Of a DNA stretch of 64,000 nucleotides, positions 63,436-64,000 are shown one piece after another. The stretch spans positions 705,764 through 769,763 of the forward strand of contig CAJOIT010000003.1 in NCBI GenBank assembly GCA_905234755.1, read 5' to 3'. Each line of letters begins with the position of its first letter. Position 1 is the first letter of the stretch. Made by a program: the position numbers and the translations under genes. The notes beneath the pieces are model-generated. The model did not search any database. It was given only the letters and a program-made list of their open reading frames with translations, and was not told the origin of the DNA. The stretch is from an uncultured Bacteroidales bacterium (GTDB lineage: Bacteria > Bacteroidota > Bacteroidia > Bacteroidales > ML635J-15).

Positions 63436-64000
63436 CTATTCCTTTATGAATTTCCGTTGAATAGGCGTTCCTTGAGCTTCGTCCCCTGAGCCTGTCGAAG
63501 GGCGAAGTGTACGACTATATATTCTTACCACATACACCCCACTTGGCAAATTTTCAACATCGCATACTGCACTTTCGTCATTCACATCCATTTGCAAAAC
63601 AACTTGTCCCAAAGTATTCACAATCTCGACTGATGAAATTTCTTCCGAAGAAATGATGTTCAGAATATTGCCTACTGGATTGGGATAAATCTGCAAATCT
63701 GAAATTTCGTTTTCTTCAACAAAAGAACAATCTTCTTGAATATTTGTAAACCTATTCCAATATTCAGCATTACTGTACGCAGTTGCGCTGCCACATGGGA
63801 CAATTACTGGAATGGATGTTGAAACGCCAGTAAAAGTGGAATAATTTATAATTGGGGGATTTAAAGCATAGTTAAAAATCGTATCAATATTACGACAATT
63901 ACCAAATGCGGAATTCCCAATACTTGTAACCCAATCGCCTATTCTAATAGATGTTATACATGTTACACCTGCAAATGTATGATGTTTTATCTCCGTTACC
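63436..64000 (-). CDS. Leucine-rich-repeat (BspA-like) surface protein with T9SS C-terminal sorting domain (5' end outside window)
   Basis: The frame is open from the window end to the stop at 63436. LRR unit SIRIGDWVTSIGNSAFGNCRNIDTI. CTD YPNPVGNILNI...LPSGVYVVRIY. Confidence 0.8.
   Translation of the reverse strand, partial: VTEIKHHTFAGVTCITSIRIGDWVTSIGNSAFGNCRNIDTIFNYALNPPIINYSTFTGVSTSIPVIVPCGSATAYSNAEYWNRFTNIQEDCSFVEENEISDLQIYPNPVGNILNIISSEEISSVEIVNTLGQVVLQMDVNDESAVCDVENLPSGVYVVRIYSRTLRPSTGSGDEAQGTPIQRKFIKE

Overview
The window is a 64-kb chromosomal segment at roughly 40% GC, most likely from a Bacteroidota (Bacteroidales-type) genome. The supporting evidence is TAnnTTTG -7 promoter boxes in front of many genes, a T9SS C-terminal sorting domain, BatD/BatE, a FISUMP-domain protein and a ~1100-aa SecA. 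About 53 protein genes are packed densely. They include: (i) the distal part of a polysaccharide/O-antigen-type operon at 1-7878, with a CEOS-like dehydrogenase, an ATP-grasp ligase, a Wzy-like polymerase, three glycosyltransferases and a DegT aminotransferase; (ii) housekeeping genes rsmD, yidD, ruvB, rnr, secA, apbE, yggS and iorAB, an ADP-forming acyl-CoA synthetase, DPP III and a PgpH-like 7TM-HD protein; (iii) a two-component system and a BatD/BatE module; (iv) an accessory patch at ~35.7-40.1 kb holding a zeta-toxin remnant and a four-gene envelope-protein cassette. I found no rRNA or tRNA genes, CRISPR arrays, integrases or transposases. The most interesting signal is a structured RNA element present twice (31480-31641 and 39638-39809), each time upstream of a lipoprotein gene. 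The two copies share almost no helix sequence but keep the same nested helices, a conserved GCAUU-hairpin core and a mutually exclusive terminator-like helix followed by a U-tract, which suggests a riboswitch- or attenuator-like leader. Other points of note are a lipoprotein gene frameshifted at an A7 tract, an apparently circularly permuted vWA lipoprotein, a fused HcnABC-like multi-cluster flavoenzyme, an orphan FtsA/PilM-like gene, and several families of intergenic hairpin or short-word repeats, two copies of which bracket the accessory patch. All functional calls come from motif recognition by eye. No database search was run.
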